Shown here in pieces: positions 9,411-13,867 of a DNA stretch of 13,867 bases. A program made the position numbers and the translations under genes. This DNA is from Acidimicrobiia bacterium (GTDB lineage Bacteria; Actinomycetota; Acidimicrobiia; Spongiisociales; Spongiisociaceae). The notes beneath the pieces are model-generated. The model had not been told where the DNA came from, made no database searches, and saw nothing but the letters and a program-made list of their open reading frames with translations. The DNA lies in assembly GCA_041576165.1 (NCBI GenBank), contig JBFGLM010000085.1, positions 1 through 13,867 of the forward strand, written 5' to 3'. Positions within the stretch are counted from its first letter, which is position 1. Each line of letters opens with the position of its first letter.

Positions 9411-10799
9411 ATGTCCGGTAGCGTGAATGAGTTCACCCGCAAGACCCGAGCACGGCCTATGTCGCCACGCGAGACACAGCACTGGTTTGTTCGCCTGTTT
9501 GCGCTGGCAGTCATCGCCCACGTCGTGGGCAATCCCCCGCTCGGCCCCGACGCAGCCGGCCTGACGGCACTGGCTGCCGGTGGCGCCGCCTGTCTGCTGG
9601 CCGTTCAGCCCTCTGACCGGCGGTTGCTCGTAGCAGCATGCGTGCTGGTGCCGGTCACCGCCTGGCAGGAGGCTCCACAGTTGGGCAACCACTGGCTCCT
9701 CATGTCCTTCGTTTCGGTGGCGATCCTGGTGAGCCAGCGCCGCACCGGATGGTGGGAGCGCTTCGCTCCGACCGGGCGATGGATGCTCATCGGCTTCTAC
9801 TCGTTTGCCGCCTTTGCCAAGCTCAATACGGCTTTCTTCGACTCAACCGCGTCGTGCAGCGTGTTCTACGCCAATCAGAGCCTCTCGTCTTGGGGGCTAC
9901 CGCTTATCACTCCGGGCAGCGGGATCGCGCTGGCCACGGCGATCATGACTGCAGTGATCGAGCTGTCGATACCCCTCCTGCTGCTGGTCGACCGCACGCG
10001 GCACATCGGTGTGGCGCTCGGATACGCGTTCCACACCCTGATATCGCTCGATCTCGACCAGCATTTCTACGACTTCACAGCTGTGCTTTTCGCTCTGTTC
10101 ATCTTGTTCGCGCCCACGGCCGCAGCCCGGCTCGAGCGGTCCGTTGAGCCGCATCTCACGCCTGCGCGCCGAGCCGTCGTTGCCACCATGCTCGGGCTGT
10201 TCGTGCTTGCCGCGGTGCTGCCCCTCAGCCGGCTGAGCCTGTGGCTGCTGACGACCGGCTTCTTCTTCGTGTGGATCCCGACTGCAATTGCCCTGACCGT
10301 CGCCACCTCATGGCGGTTGCGGACACCGGACTGGGTGGGTTTGCGGGTATCGGGCCTGGCGGCGACGCTCCTGCTGGCGCTGGTCGGCCTCAACGGCCTA
10401 TCGCCCTACCTGGAGCTCAAGACCGGTTTCGGGTTCAACATGTACTCAAACCTGGTGACCGCCAATGGGGAGAGCAACCACCTCATCGTGCCCGGCACAG
10501 CTCAGCTGACCGCCGGCCATGCCGATGCGGTCGTCATCATTGCTACGGACGATCCGGCGCTCGAGGCATACGTCGACAGCGGCTACGCGGTCGCATTTCC
10601 CAGACTGGCCCACTATTTGGCCGACCACCCCGATACCTCCGTGACCTACCGGTCGCCGGCTGGAGGTGAACCGACGACCGTGCAGGGGGCCGAGGTCGGC
10701 CGGCATATGGCTGCCATTCCCCACAAGCTGGCGGTGTTCCGCTCGATCGACCTGCAGGTGCCCGCCCGCTGTCAATCGATCTGGCTGCCCGCGCTCTGA
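9411..10799 (+). CDS. Polytopic membrane protein, HTTM / vitamin K-dependent gamma-carboxylase-like
   Basis: Many hydrophobic helices. Motifs LGNHWLL, FYSFAAFAKLNTAFF, IELSIPLLLL, FH..I, YDFT and PYLELKTGFGFNMYSNL resemble the HTTM NH / Y..AG.AKL / E / FH / W-F.M pattern. There is a soluble C-terminal domain. Start is uncertain (ATG 9411 or 9459). Confidence 0.65.
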   Translation: MSGSVNEFTRKTRARPMSPRETQHWFVRLFALAVIAHVVGNPPLGPDAAGLTALAAGGAACLLAVQPSDRRLLVAACVLVPVTAWQEAPQLGNHWLLMSFVSVAILVSQRRTGWWERFAPTGRWMLIGFYSFAAFAKLNTAFFDSTASCSVFYANQSLSSWGLPLITPGSGIALATAIMTAVIELSIPLLLLVDRTRHIGVALGYAFHTLISLDLDQHFYDFTAVLFALFILFAPTAAARLERSVEPHLTPARRAVVATMLGLFVLAAVLPLSRLSLWLLTTGFFFVWIPTAIALTVATSWRLRTPDWVGLRVSGLAATLLLALVGLNGLSPYLELKTGFGFNMYSNLVTANGESNHLIVPGTAQLTAGHADAVVIIATDDPALEAYVDSGYAVAFPRLAHYLADHPDTSVTYRSPAGGEPTTVQGAEVGRHMAAIPHKLAVFRSIDLQVPARCQSIWLPAL

Positions 10800-10809
10800 C
10801 CTGGCGAGC

Positions 10810-12567
10810 TCACCGGCGCCCGATCGTCACCGGCTGTTGGCTGCGATCGGGAGCAGCAGCGTCGAGTGACCCGCGGGCGTGGTAGGAGCTGCGGACCAGC
10901 GGGCCGGACTCGACATGGGCCAATCCGATCCGGTGGCCGAAGGCCGCGTATTCCTCGAACTCGTCCGGCTCCACGTAACGGTGGATGCGCCGGTGACGCG
11001 GTGTCGGTCGTAGGTACTGGCCGATAGTGACGATGTCGACGCCCACCGCCCGCAAATCGGCCAGCGCGCCGAGAATCTCTTCCCGGGTCTCGCCCATCCC
11101 GACGATCAGCCCCGATTTGATCATCACGGTCGGCTCGATCCATCTGGCTCGGGCGAGCAGGGCGAGGGAGCGTCCGTAGCTGGCCGAGGTGCGGATCTCG
11201 CGTTGGAGCCGCAACACGGTCTCGGTGTTGTGGTTGAGGACCGATGGCCGGGCCTCCATCACCCGCCGCAGCGCCTCGTGGTCGCCTTTGAAATCGGGGA
11301 TGAGTACCTCGACGTCACAGCCAGGAACCCGCTGGTGGATCTCCCGCACGGTGTGGGCAAAGATCTCCGATCCGCCATCGTCGAGATCATCGCGATTGAC
11401 GGACGTGATCACGGCGTGACGCAGACCCATCTTCTCGACCGCCTCCGCTGCCCGGAAGGGCTCGAACACGTCGTATTCCGTTGGCCGGCCGGTCGTCACA
11501 TTGCAGAACCCGCACGCTCGGGTGCATTTGTCTCCGAGAATCATCAGCGTGGCGGTGCCCTGGCCCCAGCATTCGTAGATGTTGGGACAGCCCGCCTCCT
11601 CGCACACGGTGTTCAGCTGCAGGTCGCGCATCAAGCGTTTCAACTCGACGTAGCCGTCCCCCATGGCGGCTGTCACCTTCATCCATGGTGGGCGCTCCGG
11701 CTCACCCTCGAGCCGCCCGTTGACCACGACCGGCTCGGCGGCGCGCACTTCCGGTGAGAAAGTCCCCGAGCTGAGGAGCTGATCGACCTCATACGTACGA
11801 GCCCGGCCCTGCCCCCGGCTGAACGCACCGAGCTGGACCTCAGTGGTCTCGAATCCAAACACGCTCTGCATGTGCGGTATCAGACGCTCGACGATGTCCT
11901 CGATCACGAGCTCGCGGCCGGTCAACTCGACCAGGGATGTCGCGGATCGGTCCGTGATACCGCAGGGGTTGATCCGAGAGAAGAAGGACATGTCCGGGTC
12001 GACATTCAGGGCGAACCCGTGCATCGAGACGTGGCGCGAGACCCGCACGCCGATGGCGGCGACCTTGCCCCGGTGGGTCCACACGCCGGTCAGTCCTTCC
12101 TCCCGCCCCGCCTCGACGCCGAAGTCCGAGAGCGTGCGAATGAGCACTTCTTCGAGCGCCCGGACGTAGGGGACGATCTTGCGGGTGTCAGCCAGACGGA
12201 TGATGGGATAGCCGACGAGCTGGCCGGGCCCGTGGTACGTGATGTCCCCGCCGCGATCGATCTCGAACATCTCGGCACCGAGAGAGGCCAGCTGCTCCGA
12301 AGAGATCAGCAAGTTGGATCCGTCGCCGTTGCGCCCGACCGTGTAGACGTGGGAGTGCTCCAGCAGCAGCAGGTAATCGTCTGCGGTGCGGCCACCGACC
12401 TTGCCCTCCCATAGCGCCCGTTGCAGATCCCAGGCTTCGGCGAAAGGAAGCCGGCCCAGCCACCGCGTTCGCAGCTGGGTGGGCCGGGCGACCAAGCTCG
12501 TCGCGACGCCCACTGTCTTCGCTCCGGCCTCGTCGAGCGGGCCGGCCGGACCGCTCTCGCCGTTCAC
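10810..12567 (-). CDS. lipB-lipA: Fused octanoyltransferase LipB - lipoyl synthase LipA (~585 aa)
   Basis: N-domain: LLLLEHSHVYTVGR, DRGGDITYHGPGQLVGYPI, GVW..KVAAIG, HGFALNV, INPCG. C-domain: RPPWMK, TVCEEAGCPNIYECW, CTRACGFC, NHNTET, KSGLIVGMGE, IGQYLRP, GPLVRSSYHA. One continuous frame. The GTG start at 12567 overlaps the E2 stop (GTGA) and has an AGGA SD. Confidence 0.93.
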   Translation of the reverse strand: MNGESGPAGPLDEAGAKTVGVATSLVARPTQLRTRWLGRLPFAEAWDLQRALWEGKVGGRTADDYLLLLEHSHVYTVGRNGDGSNLLISSEQLASLGAEMFEIDRGGDITYHGPGQLVGYPIIRLADTRKIVPYVRALEEVLIRTLSDFGVEAGREEGLTGVWTHRGKVAAIGVRVSRHVSMHGFALNVDPDMSFFSRINPCGITDRSATSLVELTGRELVIEDIVERLIPHMQSVFGFETTEVQLGAFSRGQGRARTYEVDQLLSSGTFSPEVRAAEPVVVNGRLEGEPERPPWMKVTAAMGDGYVELKRLMRDLQLNTVCEEAGCPNIYECWGQGTATLMILGDKCTRACGFCNVTTGRPTEYDVFEPFRAAEAVEKMGLRHAVITSVNRDDLDDGGSEIFAHTVREIHQRVPGCDVEVLIPDFKGDHEALRRVMEARPSVLNHNTETVLRLQREIRTSASYGRSLALLARARWIEPTVMIKSGLIVGMGETREEILGALADLRAVGVDIVTIGQYLRPTPRHRRIHRYVEPDEFEEYAAFGHRIGLAHVESGPLVRSSYHARGSLDAAAPDRSQQPVTIGRR

Positions 12568-13867
12568 ATCACTTCCTGTTCCCAGTCCCATGTCTCGAGA
12601 TTCTGCTTGATACGGCGGAGAAACAGAACAGCGGTGGAACCGTCGAATGCCCGATGATCCCACGACAGGCCCAGATAGCCGATCGGCCGGATGCCGATCG
12701 TATCTTGCCCATCGGCAGTCGTGACCACTGTTGGTCGCTTGGTCACGGTGTCGGTGGAGAGGATCGCAACGTTGGGGACGTTGATGATCGGCGCCGACAT
12801 GAACGAACCAAACGGCCCGGGATTGGTGATCGTGAACGTGCTGCCCGACAGGTCATCGGGCTCGAGCTTTCGGTCCCGGGCTTTCTCGGCCAGGGCCCTC
12901 ACCGCTCGGGCGATCCCGCGCAGCCGCAGGCTGTCGGCCTGGCGGATCGACGTGACGACGAGACCCTCCTGGTTGAGGTCGACGGCGATGCCCAGATTGA
13001 TGTCGTGATGGAACACGGCCTTACGTTCCTCGAGGTAGAAAGAGCTGTTCACGACCGGATACGCGCGCAGCGCGTCCATCGTCGCTCGGGCGATGAAGGG
13101 CAGGTACGTGAGGGAGAACCCCTCTTCGGCCTTGAACTGATCCTTGTGCGCCTGGCGCACCCGCTCGACCGCGGAGTAGTCGACCTCGACTGCTGTCCAC
13201 ACGTGGGCAGCCGTCTGCTTGGCCTTGATCATGTTGGCGCCGATCACGGCTCGCAGCCGGTCCAGCTCCCGTTCCTCGTCACCCCCTCCGGCCGCCGGCG
13301 CCGCCGGCGGGGGTGCCGGCGCACTGGGAGCGGCGGCCGGTGCGGCCGCGGCCGGGGCAGGGGCCGTCGGGGTCTCTGGCGCCGCGGCGGGGGCAGGGGC
13401 GGTCTCGGCGGCGGGTGTCTCCGCCGGGGGGGCCGGAGCCGCCGCCGGGGCCGGAGCCGCCGTGCCGCTTCGTTCGATGAACGCCAGCACATCGTTGCGG
13501 GTGATACGCCCATCCCTCCCGGTCCCTGTGATTTGGGCGGGATCCAGGTTGTGTTCGCGAACCAGTTTGCGGACAACCGGTGACAGGAAGAGCTTGGCAC
13601 CATTGGCCGGCGCCGCTTCGGTGCCGGCAGCGGCTGCAGCTGCGGGCGCAGCTGCCGGTTGGGGCTGGGGCTCTGGTTCGGCGACCGCGACCGGCTCCGG
13701 CTCAGGCGCCGTTTCGCTCGCAGTCACCACCGGTACCGGTTCGGTAGCAGCCTCAGCCGCCGGAGCAGGCTCGGCAGGCGCCGCCTCCCCCGCCGCCGGC
13801 TCACCTATCACCGCCAACGGCGTCCCGACTTCAACCGTCTCACCCTCAGGCACCAGAATCTCCAACA
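12564..13867 (-). CDS. Dihydrolipoamide acyltransferase E2 of a 2-oxoacid dehydrogenase complex (DlaT/SucB/PdhC-like), 5'-truncated by the window edge
   Basis: End of a lipoyl domain (EILVPEGETVEVGTPLAVI), Ala/Pro/Glu linker, peripheral subunit-binding domain (LSPVVRKL...GTGRDGRITRNDV), second linker, and catalytic domain with GSTFTITNPG, PIIN.P and WDHRAFDG. Confidence 0.95.
   Translation of the reverse strand, partial: LEILVPEGETVEVGTPLAVIGEPAAGEAAPAEPAPAAEAATEPVPVVTASETAPEPEPVAVAEPEPQPQPAAAPAAAAAAGTEAAPANGAKLFLSPVVRKLVREHNLDPAQITGTGRDGRITRNDVLAFIERSGTAAPAPAAAPAPPAETPAAETAPAPAAAPETPTAPAPAAAAPAAAPSAPAPPPAAPAAGGGDEERELDRLRAVIGANMIKAKQTAAHVWTAVEVDYSAVERVRQAHKDQFKAEEGFSLTYLPFIARATMDALRAYPVVNSSFYLEERKAVFHHDINLGIAVDLNQEGLVVTSIRQADSLRLRGIARAVRALAEKARDRKLEPDDLSGSTFTITNPGPFGSFMSAPIINVPNVAILSTDTVTKRPTVVTTADGQDTIGIRPIGYLGLSWDHRAFDGSTAVLFLRRIKQNLETWDWEQEVM
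13285..13470 (-). repeat. Low-complexity Ala/Pro linker repeats inside E2
   Basis: APAPAAAPAPPAETPAAETAPAPAAAPETP..., for example GCCGGAGCCGCCG twice near 13432-13462. A second linker lies at about 13610-13800. Confidence 0.7.

Noticed and set aside
9275-9532. 86-aa N-terminal extension of Acs and the 9336 start of the HTTM gene
   Set aside because: They overlap each other. Acs-like sequence begins at VSDNPSQAIENLL (9274).
13285-13800. G-run and short tandem repeats suggesting a G-quadruplex, VNTR or CRISPR-like array
   Set aside because: Fully explained by the Ala/Pro flexible linkers normal for E2, with no repeat-spacer periodicity.

Overview
GC-rich bacterial window, most likely Actinomycetota and possibly Acidimicrobiia (inferred from the transketolase 'SDGDL' variant, TANNNT -10 boxes, an apparently leaderless gene and the E2-lipoylation linkage). 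From left to right it holds: the 3' end of an unidentified + strand CDS; transketolase (-); a divergent bifunctional ATP sulfurylase/APS kinase (Sat-CysC, +); a ~350-bp intergenic region with a structured element and a 15-codon uORF coupled to a CysQ/inositol monophosphatase-family gene; a DsbB plus membrane-anchored WCPHC thioredoxin-fold pair (-); a VIT1/CCC1 transporter (+); acetyl-CoA synthetase (-); an HTTM/gamma-carboxylase-like membrane protein (+); a single-ORF LipB-LipA fusion (-); and a 5'-truncated dihydrolipoamide acyltransferase E2 (-). I found no tRNA, rRNA, CRISPR array or mobile element. The most notable signals are the in-frame LipB-LipA fusion coupled to its likely E2 substrate, the structured leader with uORF in front of cysQ, and the HTTM protein. 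All family assignments come from motif recognition by eye; no searches were run.
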